A DNA stretch of 26,850 nt, taken from IMG/VR virus record IMGVR_UViG_3300020042_001662, positions 1 through 26,850 of that record, one strand, 5' to 3'. Source of the DNA: a virus. Its lineage: Duplodnaviria > Caudoviricetes. Shown here one piece after another: positions 1-9,617 of this stretch; positions within the stretch are counted from its first letter, which is position 1, and every line of letters begins with the position of its first letter. A program made the translations under genes and the position numbers. Below the pieces are notes generated by a model. That model had not been told where the DNA came from. It searched no databases and was given only the letters and a program-made list of their open reading frames with translations.

Positions 1-2
1 AG

Positions 3-86
3 TCCAGCAGCGGCCAGAAGGTCAAGAGCCGTGACCAAGCAATCGCCATCGCTTTGAGCGAAGCCAAACGAATGAAGAAAAAATGA
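3..86 (+). CDS. 3' end of small basic protein (DUF6496-like), truncated by window start
   Basis: Manual translation SSSGQKVKSRDQAIAIALSEAKRMKKK*; QAIAIALSEA motif; TGA overlaps portal ATG (ATGA 83-86). Confidence 0.7.
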   Translation, partial: SSSGQKVKSRDQAIAIALSEAKRMKKK

Positions 87-2305
87 AAAAACAAGATTTG
101 AAAAAAGCGGTCAAGGAAATCCTGACCCGTGACGATGACATGCTGGACCCGATGGCCAAGGCCGAGGCGCTTGAGCGCAAGACGGCAACGCTGGCGGCAG
201 AGGATTCCGGCGCCACACCCCCGATGGACGATGTGGAAATGCAGTCCATCGTGGCCACTGAGATCACTGACGCCATCAGCTACATCGACAGCGACTTGAG
301 CCCGTACCGTGCGCAGGCGACCGCGTACTACCGTGGCGACCTGTTCGGCAACGAGGAAGAAGGCCAGAGCCAAGTTGTGGCCACCGAGGTGCGCGACACG
401 GTGAACAGTATGCTGCCCAGCATCATGCGGGTTTTCTTCAGTTCTGAAAAGACTGTGGAGTATGTGCCCCGCAGCGAGGAAGATGTGCCGGCAGCCGAGC
501 AGGCCACCGACTACGCCAACTACATCCTGAACCAAGACAATGCCGGCTTCACGGTGCTGTACGGCACCTTCAAGGACTCGCTGGTGCGCAAGTGCGGCAT
601 CGTGAAGACTTGGTGGGCCAAGACCACCACGGTGCGCACTGAGAAGTACACCGGCTTGGATGATGGCACCAAGATGATGATCGAGCAGGAGCCAGACAGC
701 TTCGTCACCATCATTGAGGAGTATGACGATCCCGAGTTCGGTGAGCCGCAGCCAATGATCGACCCAGCCACTGGCGCAGTCACGCTGATGCCCGTGCCCA
801 AACTGTACGATGTTGAGGTCAAGCGCGTCATCACGGAGGGCCGCGTCTGCATCGAGGGCGTGCCGCCAGAGGAATTCCTGATCGACCGCAACGCACGCTC
901 GATTGAGACTGCTGCATTTGTCGGCCACCGCAAGATGGCGACTGTGGCCGAGTTGATTGAGATGGGGTATGACGAGGACGAGGTGAGCGAGTACATCACC
1001 AGCGCCGACTTCGAGAACAACGAGGAATACCTGCGCCGCCGGCCAACGACCACGACCATCGGCTCGATGAACGAAAGCTCAAACCCGTTTATGCAGCGCG
1101 TGCTGTACATCGAGGGTTTCATGCGCATCGACTATGACGGTGACGGTATCCCTGAGTTGCGCAAGATTTGCTGCATGGGCGAGGGCAACACCATCATGCG
1201 TAACGAGCCTGCCGACATGGTTGGCTTTGCTGACTTTCCGTTTGACCCAGAGCCGCACACATCGCCACTGGAGGCCAACAGCGTTTACGACTACGCCAAG
1301 GACTTGCAGGAGATCAAGTCTGACATCCTGCGCAACACGCTGGACAGCTTGGCCCAAGCCATCCACCCGCGCACAGCCGTGGTCGAAGGTCAGGTCAACA
1401 TGGACGATGTGTTGAACAACGAGACCGGCGCCGTGATCCGGATGCGGGCACCAGGCATGGTGCAAGCCCTGTCGATGCCGTTTGTTGGCCAGCAGGCATT
1501 TCCGATGCTGGAGTACATGGACGGCATCAAGGAAGACCGCACCGGCATGAGCCGTGCATCTATGGGCCTGAATGCTGATGCCTTGCAATCGTCCACCAAG
1601 GCGGCTGTGAGCGCCACCATCAGCGCCAGCCAGAGCCGTCTGGAGTTGACCACCCGCATCTTGGCCGAGGGCATGAAGAAGCTGTTCAAGCAGATTCTCC
1701 AGTTGACCGTGGCCAATCAGGACAAGGCTCGGATGATCCGTCTGCGCAACAAATGGGTTCAGGTTGACCCGCGTATGTGGGACGCGACAATGGATGTGTC
1801 CATTAATGTCGGGCTGGGCAATGGCGACACCGAGCAAAAGATGTCCATGCTGGGCATGATCGCGACCAAGCAAGAGCAGGCGCTGCAACTGATGGGGCCA
1901 GGCAACCCGCTGGTGACGCCAGCACAGTACGCCAACACCCTGCGCAAGATGGTCGAGTTGTCCGGCTTCAAGGACTCCAGCCAGTTCTTCAACGCCATTC
2001 CAGCCGACTACCAGCCACCGGCACCTGAGCAGAAGCAGTCGCCAGAAGAAATGCTGGCGATGGTGCAGGTCAAGTCGATTGAGGCTGACATCCAGAAGAA
2101 AGCCGCCGACCTCCAGTTGCAGCGCGAAGACATGATCCGCAAAGATGACCGTGAGCGCGACAAGATGGAAATTGACAAGTATGTAAAGATTCGTGAGCTT
2201 GAATTAAAATACGGCGTACAACTTAACGAGATTGCACTGAATGCGGAGATTGAGCGTGATCGCAACGCACAGATGCAAATGCAAACAGGGATGCCACCAC
2301 AGTGA
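83..2305 (+). CDS. Portal protein (P22/SU10-like podovirus type)
   Basis: 740 aa; motifs YYRGDLFGNEEEGQSQVV, PPEEFLID, DVSINVGLG; C-terminal Q/E/K coiled coil; lies before scaffold and capsid genes. Confidence 0.9.
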   Translation: MKKQDLKKAVKEILTRDDDMLDPMAKAEALERKTATLAAEDSGATPPMDDVEMQSIVATEITDAISYIDSDLSPYRAQATAYYRGDLFGNEEEGQSQVVATEVRDTVNSMLPSIMRVFFSSEKTVEYVPRSEEDVPAAEQATDYANYILNQDNAGFTVLYGTFKDSLVRKCGIVKTWWAKTTTVRTEKYTGLDDGTKMMIEQEPDSFVTIIEEYDDPEFGEPQPMIDPATGAVTLMPVPKLYDVEVKRVITEGRVCIEGVPPEEFLIDRNARSIETAAFVGHRKMATVAELIEMGYDEDEVSEYITSADFENNEEYLRRRPTTTTIGSMNESSNPFMQRVLYIEGFMRIDYDGDGIPELRKICCMGEGNTIMRNEPADMVGFADFPFDPEPHTSPLEANSVYDYAKDLQEIKSDILRNTLDSLAQAIHPRTAVVEGQVNMDDVLNNETGAVIRMRAPGMVQALSMPFVGQQAFPMLEYMDGIKEDRTGMSRASMGLNADALQSSTKAAVSATISASQSRLELTTRILAEGMKKLFKQILQLTVANQDKARMIRLRNKWVQVDPRMWDATMDVSINVGLGNGDTEQKMSMLGMIATKQEQALQLMGPGNPLVTPAQYANTLRKMVELSGFKDSSQFFNAIPADYQPPAPEQKQSPEEMLAMVQVKSIEADIQKKAADLQLQREDMIRKDDRERDKMEIDKYVKIRELELKYGVQLNEIALNAEIERDRNAQMQMQTGMPPQ

Positions 2306-2550
2306 AACGAAAAATTGATTTAGGTAATCGCGCCGAGCAGTTGCTCGGTGACGATACCCTGATGACTGCATTCAATGAACTTGAAATGCAATACACAAAC
2401 AACTGGAAAACAAGTAAAGTTGACGAGTCTGCAAAGCGCGAACAGGTTTATATGAGCCTGCGGGTGCTGGATGATTTGAAAACCAAGCTGCAAGTGTTTA
2501 TTGACGATGGGAAGATCGCCAAGAAGCAACTGCAAAAGATGAATACTTGA
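2302..2550 (+). CDS. Small head-module protein
   Basis: 82 aa; GTG start overlaps portal stop; helical; between portal and scaffold. Confidence 0.7.
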   Translation: MKRKIDLGNRAEQLLGDDTLMTAFNELEMQYTNNWKTSKVDESAKREQVYMSLRVLDDLKTKLQVFIDDGKIAKKQLQKMNT

Positions 2551-2569
2551 TAAACTAGGAACCAATTAC

Positions 2570-3547
2570 ATGAGCAATGACACCACGGCCTCGGCCAGTG
2601 TTTCGCAAGCCATGACGGCTGACCAAGCCGCAAATGCCATCGAGTCGATGCTGTCCGGAGACGGAGAACAGCAGGAGCCCGAGGCGCTGATGGGCGATGA
2701 GCCCGAAACCATCGATGAGGAAGTTTCTGCTGAAGATGACGCGGCAGAGGTGGAATCTGAAGATGTAGAGTCTGAGGACGCTGAGGAACCTGAGCAAGAA
2801 GAACAGCCATCGAAATTCACCGTCAAAGTAGACGGCAAGGATGTTGAGGTGACGCTGGACGAGTTGCAGAAGGGCTACAGCAGGACCGAGGACTACACGC
2901 GCAAAACCCAAGCGCTGGCCCAAGAGCGTAAGCAAGCTCAGGCCGAGTTTGAGTCTGTGCGAAACGAGCGTGCCCAATACGCTCAACTGTTAGGTGCCTT
3001 GCAGGAGCAGTTGACGCAAGCAGTGCCCCAAGTCGATATGGATTACCTTTACAACGAGGATCCGATTGAGTGGGTCAAGCAGCGTGAATTGCAGCGGTCG
3101 AATGCGGAGCGAATGGCGGCAATTGCGTCAGAGCAGCAGCGTTTGAGCGCAGAGCAAGCGAAAGAGCAAAACGCCTACTTGAAGGATGAATTGTCCAAAG
3201 AGAAGGATTTGCTGCTGTCGCAAGCTCCGGAACTGAAGGATCCAAAGACTGCCGCGAAAGCGAAGCAGGATTGGATCGCAGCAGGTAAGGCAGTCGGGTT
3301 GTCCGAGCAAGAGTTGAATAATGTGAGGGATCACCGGATTCTGTTGGCGCTGCGAAAGCTGGCGGCATACGATTCGATGGTGGCCAAGCGTAAAGACTTG
3401 AAGCCGGTGCAGAGTTCAACGCCCACGGCACGACCAGGCACGATCTCCAAGCAACCACAGTCGAGCATAGTCAAGCAATCTCAACAGCGTCTCGCCAAAA
3501 CTGGGAATGTCCGCGATGCGGCCAGTCTCATCGAACGACTACTTTGA
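2570..3547 (+). CDS. Capsid scaffolding protein
   Basis: Acidic N-terminus; motif VKVDGKDVEVTLDELQKGYSRTEDYTRKTQ; coiled coil; directly upstream of capsid gene. Confidence 0.85.
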   Translation: MSNDTTASASVSQAMTADQAANAIESMLSGDGEQQEPEALMGDEPETIDEEVSAEDDAAEVESEDVESEDAEEPEQEEQPSKFTVKVDGKDVEVTLDELQKGYSRTEDYTRKTQALAQERKQAQAEFESVRNERAQYAQLLGALQEQLTQAVPQVDMDYLYNEDPIEWVKQRELQRSNAERMAAIASEQQRLSAEQAKEQNAYLKDELSKEKDLLLSQAPELKDPKTAAKAKQDWIAAGKAVGLSEQELNNVRDHRILLALRKLAAYDSMVAKRKDLKPVQSSTPTARPGTISKQPQSSIVKQSQQRLAKTGNVRDAASLIERLL

Positions 3548-3564
3548 CTTTTTAAGGACTTATC

Positions 3565-4521
3565 ATGGCTATTGCTTCCAATACATTCCTCACCTACTCT
3601 GCAAAGGGTATCCGTGAAGACCTCTCCAATGTGATCTACAACATCTCGCCAGAGGAGACACCTTTCGTCTCCAACATCGGCAAGGGTTCGATTTCGAATA
3701 CCTTGTTTGACTGGCAAACTGATTCCCTTGCTTCGGCTGGATCTAATGCTCAGCTTGAGGGTGACGAGACTTCTTATGACGCAGTGACCGCCACTGTTCG
3801 CCTGCAAAACTATGCCCAGATCAGCCGCAAGTCGGTTGTCATCTCCGGCACTGAAGACACAGTGAACAAGGCTGGCCGCAAGTCTGAAGTCGCTTATCAG
3901 ATCGCCAAAAAGGGCTCTGAGATGAAGCGCGACATCGAGTTCTCGTGCCTGAACAACCAAGCCGCAGTGGCTGGTGATTCCACGACTGCCCGCACGACTG
4001 CTTCCCTGCAAGCGTTCCTGAAGACCAACACGAACAAGGCCAGCGATGGTACTGACCCCGTGTACACCACCATCCCAACTGATCCCCGCAATGACGGCAC
4101 CCAGCGTGCTTTCACTGAAGCGATCCTGAAGGATGTCATCCAGCAGGTCTGGACCGAAGGCGGCACCCCCAAGATGCTGCTGGTTGGCCCAGTCAACAAG
4201 GCCAAGGTCTCTGCCTTCGCTGGTATCGCTGCATCGCGTTTCAATGTTGACGGTGCAAAACCTAGTACTATAGTTGCAGCGGCCGATATTTATGTAAGTG
4301 ATTTCGGCAATGTTTCTATCGTCCCCTCGAGGTTCCAGCGTGAGCGTGATGCCTTCGTGGTTGACGGCGAGTACGCATCCATCGACTACCTGCGCCCAAT
4401 GCAGACGATGGACATGGCCAAGACCGGCGATGCTGAGAAAAAGCTGCTGCTGTGCGAGTGGGCTCTGCGCGTCCACACCGAAGTCGCCCACGGCGGTGCC
4501 TTCGACCTGACCACCTCTTAA
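3565..4521 (+). CDS. Major capsid protein (DUF5309/SU10-type)
   Basis: Motifs REDLSNVIYNISPEETPF, WQTDSL, NYAQI, KRDIE, YVSDFG; AAGGA RBS; followed by terminator. Confidence 0.9.
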   Translation: MAIASNTFLTYSAKGIREDLSNVIYNISPEETPFVSNIGKGSISNTLFDWQTDSLASAGSNAQLEGDETSYDAVTATVRLQNYAQISRKSVVISGTEDTVNKAGRKSEVAYQIAKKGSEMKRDIEFSCLNNQAAVAGDSTTARTTASLQAFLKTNTNKASDGTDPVYTTIPTDPRNDGTQRAFTEAILKDVIQQVWTEGGTPKMLLVGPVNKAKVSAFAGIAASRFNVDGAKPSTIVAAADIYVSDFGNVSIVPSRFQRERDAFVVDGEYASIDYLRPMQTMDMAKTGDAEKKLLLCEWALRVHTEVAHGGAFDLTTS

Positions 4522-4537
4522 TCTGAGGTAATCAACT

Positions 4538-4570
4538 AAGGGGCTGGGCTAATAACTCAGCCCCTTTTTT
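4538..4570 (+). terminator. Rho-independent terminator after capsid gene
   Basis: GGGGCTGGG-ctaataa-CTCAGCCCC stem (one G-U pair) followed by a T run. Confidence 0.85.
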
Positions 4571-4572
4571 AC

Positions 4573-4887
4573 ATGATCGACACAAGAATTCTTTCGCAAA
4601 ACAAGGGTGCTGGTATCACCCAGCTTTGGCACGAGCACACTGACGGCAGTGTGACGATTGAGACCAAGCAGGACATCACCGACATCATCGAGAACAACAA
4701 GGCCACCTACAACAATGTTGACGGCAAGGCCAACTGGAAGGGCGAGATGCACAAGGTCGGCAGCATCCCCATGAGCATTTACCATGACCTGCAAAAGCAG
4801 GGCATCCTTCAAGACCCAAAAAGGCTCAAGGCTTGGCTCAACGACAGCGCGAACCAGGTGTTCCGGACGCGGCCTGGGAAGGTATGA
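4573..4887 (+). CDS. Hypothetical phage protein
   Basis: 104 aa in the late operon with genome-typical codon use. Confidence 0.7.
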   Translation: MIDTRILSQNKGAGITQLWHEHTDGSVTIETKQDITDIIENNKATYNNVDGKANWKGEMHKVGSIPMSIYHDLQKQGILQDPKRLKAWLNDSANQVFRTRPGKV

Positions 4888-4894
4888 TTGAGCC

Positions 4895-5524
4895 ATGGCA
4901 ATCACAACATACACTGAACTGAAATCCGCTGTCGCCGACTGGCTGAATCGGTCGGATTTGTCGGCTGCGATTGCCAACTTTATTGCGCTGTCTGAGACCC
5001 AGACCGAGCGCAATTTGCGGGTGCGGCAGATGCTTACCCGCGCTGACGCCACCATCGACACAAAGTACAGCGCAGTCCCGTCTGACTTCTTGCAGGCCCG
5101 TACCTTCAAACTGACCAGCACATCGCCGGTCCAGCCTTTGGAGTTTGCGACCGATGACGAGATGGACAGCATGGACGCCAGCAACACGGCACCGAGCCGC
5201 CCGCTGTACTTCAGCATGGTGGGTAACCAGTTCCGCGTGCATCCTGCGCCGGACTCGTCCTACACGGCAGAGTTGTCATACTTCGCCAAGATTCCGCGTC
5301 TGACGGATGCCGCGCCGACCAACTGGCTGCTGACGATGGCACCCGACATCTACCTGTACGGCGCACTGATCCAGTCTGCCCCGTACCTCAAGGACGATGA
5401 GCGGATCAATGTCTGGACCACGCTGTACGCTGCCGGATTGGATGCCCTACGGGTGGCCGATCAGGGTGCGACATCAAGCCGTGGTGTTTTGAAATCAAGA
5501 GTTAAACCCTTCGGAGTGCGTTGA
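4895..5524 (+). CDS. Head-tail adaptor / tail tubular protein A-like
   Basis: Motifs ITTYTELKSAVADWLNRSDL and NWLLTMAPDIYLYGAL; position after capsid. Confidence 0.75.
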   Translation: MAITTYTELKSAVADWLNRSDLSAAIANFIALSETQTERNLRVRQMLTRADATIDTKYSAVPSDFLQARTFKLTSTSPVQPLEFATDDEMDSMDASNTAPSRPLYFSMVGNQFRVHPAPDSSYTAELSYFAKIPRLTDAAPTNWLLTMAPDIYLYGALIQSAPYLKDDERINVWTTLYAAGLDALRVADQGATSSRGVLKSRVKPFGVR

Positions 5525-5919
5525 TGTCATCATTTACCGACTACACAGAGAACCTCGTTCTCAATTATTTGTTGACAGCTAACTCTGTCACCCGTCCAAC
5601 GGCTTGGTATGTCGGCCTGTTTACGGCAGCCCCGAGCGATACGGGTGGCGGCACTGAGGTCTCTGGCAATGGTTACGCCCGCAAGGCCACCGGCACGATG
5701 ACCATCACGGGCACGGCCACCACGGCCACCAACGCAGCAGCGATTGAGTTTGATCCTGCAAGCGGTGGCAACTGGGGCACGCTGACCCATGCTGCAATCT
5801 TTGACGCGCTGACCACCGGCAACATGCTGGCGTGGGCACCGCTGACAACATCGCGCACCATCAATGATGGCGATGTGTTCCGCGTTCCGGCCTCCAGCCT
5901 GACCGTCACCCTGACATAA
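5524..5919 (+). CDS. Small virion/tail-fibre-associated protein
   Basis: Motifs YVGLFTAAPSDTGGGTEVSGNGYAR and WGTLTHAAIFDALTTGN; ATG overlaps upstream TGA. Confidence 0.7.
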   Translation: MSSFTDYTENLVLNYLLTANSVTRPTAWYVGLFTAAPSDTGGGTEVSGNGYARKATGTMTITGTATTATNAAAIEFDPASGGNWGTLTHAAIFDALTTGNMLAWAPLTTSRTINDGDVFRVPASSLTVTLT

Positions 5920-5920
5920 C

Positions 5921-6679
5921 ATGGCCGCATACGGCTCCGGCTACTACGGCGGGGGCAATTACTCCTTCGGGGTAAGTCTCGGTGCCGTAGATATCACAAG
6001 CGCGAGTTCTGCATCAGTTGCAGCGACTCGCGTTTGCATTGGTGCGGCGGCTGTTTCATCGGCATCGACTGAGGTTGTCTCCGGCCAAGCGGTCAAGCTG
6101 GGCGCGTTTGCGGTCTCCGCATCGTCATCGGCATCGGCTGCCGGCAATAGAGTTGCAGATAGTGCAGCTTCAATTTCATCGGCCTCGGCAGTGTCCTGTG
6201 CCGGCCTGCGGTACGCGGTAGGCAGCGCCAGCGTCTCAGACGCTTCATCTGTCGCGGCTGCGGGCCTGCGCTACGCGATAGGTGATGTGGCTGTGGCTGC
6301 ATCGTCCAGCATGGCGGTTGATGGCCAGCGGGTCGCGTTCATCAGTTGCACGATTGCCAGCAATGCGCTGATGGTGATTGACTCCAATGTCATCGTCAAC
6401 CAGCCAATCACGATTGTTTCATCTGGGGTGATGTTGGTTAATTCGCTGCGGGTGATGCCGTTTAGTTTCAGCATCAATTGCGCCAGCAGCATGTACGCAT
6501 CTGGCCAATTAAAGTGGAATAATCAAGGGGACACGCCAGAGTCGTGGACCGACATTGAGGACACATCAGAGACATGGAATCCGATCTCTGTTTCGTCTGA
6601 GTCTTGGGGGTCTATCAGTGACACGCCAGAGACATGGACGCCGATTGCGGATGTGTCCGAAGTTTGGGAAACCGTTTAA
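5921..6679 (+). CDS. Repeat-rich virion structural protein
   Basis: 252 aa; about nine 20-aa Ala/Ser/Val repeats, then Trp every 10 aa. Confidence 0.7.
   Translation: MAAYGSGYYGGGNYSFGVSLGAVDITSASSASVAATRVCIGAAAVSSASTEVVSGQAVKLGAFAVSASSSASAAGNRVADSAASISSASAVSCAGLRYAVGSASVSDASSVAAAGLRYAIGDVAVAASSSMAVDGQRVAFISCTIASNALMVIDSNVIVNQPITIVSSGVMLVNSLRVMPFSFSINCASSMYASGQLKWNNQGDTPESWTDIEDTSETWNPISVSSESWGSISDTPETWTPIADVSEVWETV
6515..6667 (+). repeat. 30-nt (10-aa) degenerate tandem repeat
   Basis: TGG codons at 6515, 6545, 6575, 6605, 6635, 6665; GACAC(G/A)(C/T)CAGAG recurs three times. Confidence 0.85.
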
Positions 6680-6689
6680 GAGGTAAACA

Positions 6690-7292
6690 ATGGCAGATAC
6701 AACTACCACCAACCTTGGGCTTACGAAGCCCGAGGTCGGCGCATCGACAGACACATGGGGCACCAAGATCAATACTGATCTTGATACCGTTGACGGCATC
6801 TTCAAGGCTGACGGCACGGGCACCTCTGTCGGCATGAGTGTCGGCGCTGGCAAGGTGCTGTCGGTTGCCGGCTCATTCTCGTCCAGCGGCACCTTTGCCC
6901 TGACGGGTGACCAAGTGCAGATCAGCGAGGGCGGCACGGGCTCCACAACGGCGGCAGCGGCCTTGGTGGCTCTGGGTGAGCGTACTGGTGCCACGGGTGC
7001 CTTGGTGACCCCTACGGGCACCACAGCAGAGCGCCCAACGCCAGCGACAGGCTACCTCCGGTTCAACACAACTCTGTCCAAGCCCGAGGTGTACAACGGC
7101 ACGGCTTGGTCCGGTGTTGGCGGTGGAGCAACCGGCGGCGGTGCGGACGAGATTTTTGTTGAGAACGGCCAGACGGTCAACAACAACTACACGATTCCAT
7201 CGACCCGAAACGCTTCTTCCACTGGCCCCATCAGCGTGGCAAGTGGCGTAGTTGTCACTGTTTCCAGCGGTTCACGCTGGATAGTTTTGTAG
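6690..7292 (+). CDS. Tail fibre/anchor protein
   Basis: N-terminal [23 protein letters not shown]; [15 protein letters not shown] motif; G/T rich. Confidence 0.75.
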   Translation: MADTTTTNLGLTKPEVGASTDTWGTKINTDLDTVDGIFKADGTGTSVGMSVGAGKVLSVAGSFSSSGTFALTGDQVQISEGGTGSTTAAAALVALGERTGATGALVTPTGTTAERPTPATGYLRFNTTLSKPEVYNGTAWSGVGGGATGGGADEIFVENGQTVNNNYTIPSTRNASSTGPISVASGVVVTVSSGSRWIVL

Positions 7293-7302
7293 AGGATTTG
7301 AC

Positions 7303-8169
7303 ATGGCAGTAATCATTGACGGCACGGCGGGTATCGCCAACAACGCCACAGACCTTTCCTACACAGGAACCCTGACAGGCGGCACAGGGGTGGTGAACCT
7401 CGGCTCTGGTCAGGTGTACAAGGATGCCTCGGGAAACGTGGGGATTGGGACGGCTTCGCCGGGGGCAAAGCTAAATATTGCAGGCGGAACGGCGGGTACT
7501 TATGCTGATGGCATTTTGATGTCAAAGTCAGGTGGTAACTTCTACGGTGTTTATCCAGATGCTAACGATTTGATTGTTCGCTCTGTTACAGCCGGTACGG
7601 AAGTTTGTCGCTTTACTTATGGCGGCAACTTGCTGGTGGGGACTACGAGTGCGTCCAATACGAAGCTAAGAGTTGTGACCCCATCAAGTACGGATGGTTG
7701 TGTAGTAGAACTGGCAGGAAATGGCGGCACAAATTTAGGCGCTAATCGGACGGGCGCTTCTGGCTCTCAGTTTGTTTTGTACAACATCTACAACGGTTCG
7801 TATGTTGGTGGAATAAGCATGACGAGTACAGGAACATCATTCAACACGAGTTCCGACTACCGATTAAAAGATACCATCGTCCCAATGACGGGCGCTTTGG
7901 CAACAGTGGCTGCGCTTAAACCCTGCACATATAAATGGAAACGAGACGGCTCAGACGGCCAAGGCTTTATTGCTCACGAACTGGCTGAAGTTGTTCCTGA
8001 CTGTGTCACTGGCGAGAAAGACGCAGTGGATGCTGAAGGCAACCCGCAGTATCAGGGCATCGATACCAGCTTCCTTGTGGCTACGCTGACTGCGGCCATC
8101 CAAGAGCAGCAGACCCTCATCACAGCCCTGACGGCACGAATCACAGCACTGGAGGCTCCAATTGTCTAA
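7303..8169 (+). CDS. Tail fibre with C-terminal intramolecular chaperone (peptidase S74-like)
   Basis: GNVGIGT and GNLLVGTTS repeats; SDYRLK cleavage motif; GFIAHEL; C-terminal coiled coil. Confidence 0.88.
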   Translation: MAVIIDGTAGIANNATDLSYTGTLTGGTGVVNLGSGQVYKDASGNVGIGTASPGAKLNIAGGTAGTYADGILMSKSGGNFYGVYPDANDLIVRSVTAGTEVCRFTYGGNLLVGTTSASNTKLRVVTPSSTDGCVVELAGNGGTNLGANRTGASGSQFVLYNIYNGSYVGGISMTSTGTSFNTSSDYRLKDTIVPMTGALATVAALKPCTYKWKRDGSDGQGFIAHELAEVVPDCVTGEKDAVDAEGNPQYQGIDTSFLVATLTAAIQEQQTLITALTARITALEAPIV

Positions 8170-8968
8170 TATCGCAATGCAGGGCGGCGCTACGAAGCAA
8201 AGCTGCGTTGCTTTTTCCGTGTATTGGATTAGAGAACAAAGCCACACTGACATGATGACGCAGGGGTACATTGGAGTGTCTGGAAATGTTAAGCAGCGGT
8301 TTGCTTCTCACAAAAACATGGAAAAAGGCACGAACGCCCATCTGCGCCACGCCATCCAAAAGCACGGTTGGGACAACATGGTCAAGTCGGTGCTGCTAAT
8401 GGCTGGCAAAGATTACTGTTTGGACATTGAGCGCAAGCTGCGCCCCACAGATCAGATTGGCTGGAATCTAACTGCTGGCGGCGGTTATCCACCTGTTAAC
8501 TCTGGGCCAAGGGCAAATCTTCGCGGCAGAACGGCTTGGAACAAAGGGCTTACGGGTATTTATAGCGAAGAAGCCTTGGCAAGATTGCGGAGCGCCTCGT
8601 TGGGCAGGCCGCCAACCAATAAAGGCGTTCCACTGACACCTGAGCAAAGAGCAAAAGTGTCGGCGTCAAGCAAGGGTAATACGCATCGGCGGGGGAAAAA
8701 AGTTCCTTTAGAAGTCGTGGCGCGTATTGCTGAGAAAAATCGTGGGCGCGTACAATCCGCAGAAGAACGAGCCATGCGATCTATTGCGCTTACCGGCGTT
8801 AAAAGACCACCTTTGTCTGAATCGCATAAAAAACTATTGGGTGCTTACTCAAAAGGCAAGAAGTGGTACACCGATGGTGAACGCAGTTTGTTTTGTCTTC
8901 CAGAAAACAAGCCCGCCAATTTCAATCCTGGTCGCTTAACGCCGTGGTTTAACGGCAAAGGAGAGTAA
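8162..8968 (+). CDS. Free-standing GIY-YIG homing endonuclease with NUMOD3-like repeats
   Basis: VYWI...GYIGVS...RFASH; E..GWNL; basic repeats (WNKG, TPEQRAKVS, SAEERAMRS, SESHKK); GGAGG RBS before TTG; more A/T-ending codons than flanks. Confidence 0.85.
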   Translation: MSNIAMQGGATKQSCVAFSVYWIREQSHTDMMTQGYIGVSGNVKQRFASHKNMEKGTNAHLRHAIQKHGWDNMVKSVLLMAGKDYCLDIERKLRPTDQIGWNLTAGGGYPPVNSGPRANLRGRTAWNKGLTGIYSEEALARLRSASLGRPPTNKGVPLTPEQRAKVSASSKGNTHRRGKKVPLEVVARIAEKNRGRVQSAEERAMRSIALTGVKRPPLSESHKKLLGAYSKGKKWYTDGERSLFCLPENKPANFNPGRLTPWFNGKGE

Positions 8969-9002
8969 TTTGTCCAATATTGCGATGCAAGGGGGTGCAA
9001 CT
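8162..9002 (+). mobile_element. Endonuclease insertion bounded by 33-bp imperfect direct repeats (8162-8194 and 8970-9002)
   Basis: Both repeats encode MSNIAMQGGAT; 25/33 nt identical; all 8 mismatches at third codon positions. Confidence 0.75.
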
Positions 9003-9437
9003 GGTTCCGGCACCGTCACCCTCCTCGCCCCTTCAACATCTACCAACCGCACGCTGACGCTGCCTGATAGTACCGGCACTGTGGCCACTGCTGAAAGCAC
9101 ACTGACTCAATTCAACGCTAGCGGCTCTGCCCCTGTCTACGCCTGCCGCGCATGGGTGAACTTCAACGGCACTGGCACTGTGGCAATTAATGCAAGTGGA
9201 AATGTGTCGAGCATTACGGATAATGGAGTTGGAAATTACAGCATTAACTTTACGACTGCGATGAGCGATGCGAATTATGCTGTGTGTGCTACTGCTAGAA
9301 ACGGCGCGGTTAGTGATTCTTTAATAGCCGCAAGCGAACAATCTCAAAATACCGCCGCTTTAGCAAAGATTTTTACAACCAACGATGCCGGTACTTTAGC
9401 TGATGCCCGTGGTGTGTCAGTTTCAATCTTCCGCTGA
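8970..9437 (+). CDS. Short tail-fibre-like protein
   Basis: TTG start with AAGGAG RBS; motifs RTLTLPDSTGT and CRAWVNFNGTGTVAI..SGNVSSITDNG. Confidence 0.75.
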   Translation: MSNIAMQGGATGSGTVTLLAPSTSTNRTLTLPDSTGTVATAESTLTQFNASGSAPVYACRAWVNFNGTGTVAINASGNVSSITDNGVGNYSINFTTAMSDANYAVCATARNGAVSDSLIAASEQSQNTAALAKIFTTNDAGTLADARGVSVSIFR

Positions 9438-9446
9438 AAGAACACC

Positions 9447-9617
9447 ATGAGAATCATCTACAAAACACCAGACGGCGGCGTGGCAGTAATCATCCCAGCC
9501 GACACCATTGAAGCCTGCATGAAGGACATTCCCGAAGGCGCTGAATTCAGCATCGTGGATGTAGCAGACATTCCGTCAGACCGTACATTCCGAGGAGCGT
9601 GGACATGGGCATCGTAA
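9447..9617 (+). CDS. Small tail-associated protein, 56 aa (not in ORF track)
   Basis: Manual translation MRIIYKTPDGGVAVIIPA...DIPSDRTFRGAWTWAS*; fills the operon gap. Confidence 0.75.
   Translation: MRIIYKTPDGGVAVIIPADTIEACMKDIPEGAEFSIVDVADIPSDRTFRGAWTWAS

Noticed and set aside
3481-4491. 336-aa minus-strand ORF and similar long antisense ORFs (520-1128, 1079-1888, 4549-5217, 13073-13699, 16480-17310, 24327-25010)
   Set aside because: Shadows of GC3-biased real genes on the opposite strand; no motifs or RBS
6515-6667. 30-nt periodic repeat as a possible CRISPR or mini-array
   Set aside because: Degenerate, in-frame coding repeat with no spacer structure
8162-8968. Group I intron or intein explanation for the endonuclease
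   Set aside because: The ORF fills the entire insert, leaving no room for a ribozyme core; no intein termini; the downstream gene has its own RBS and start
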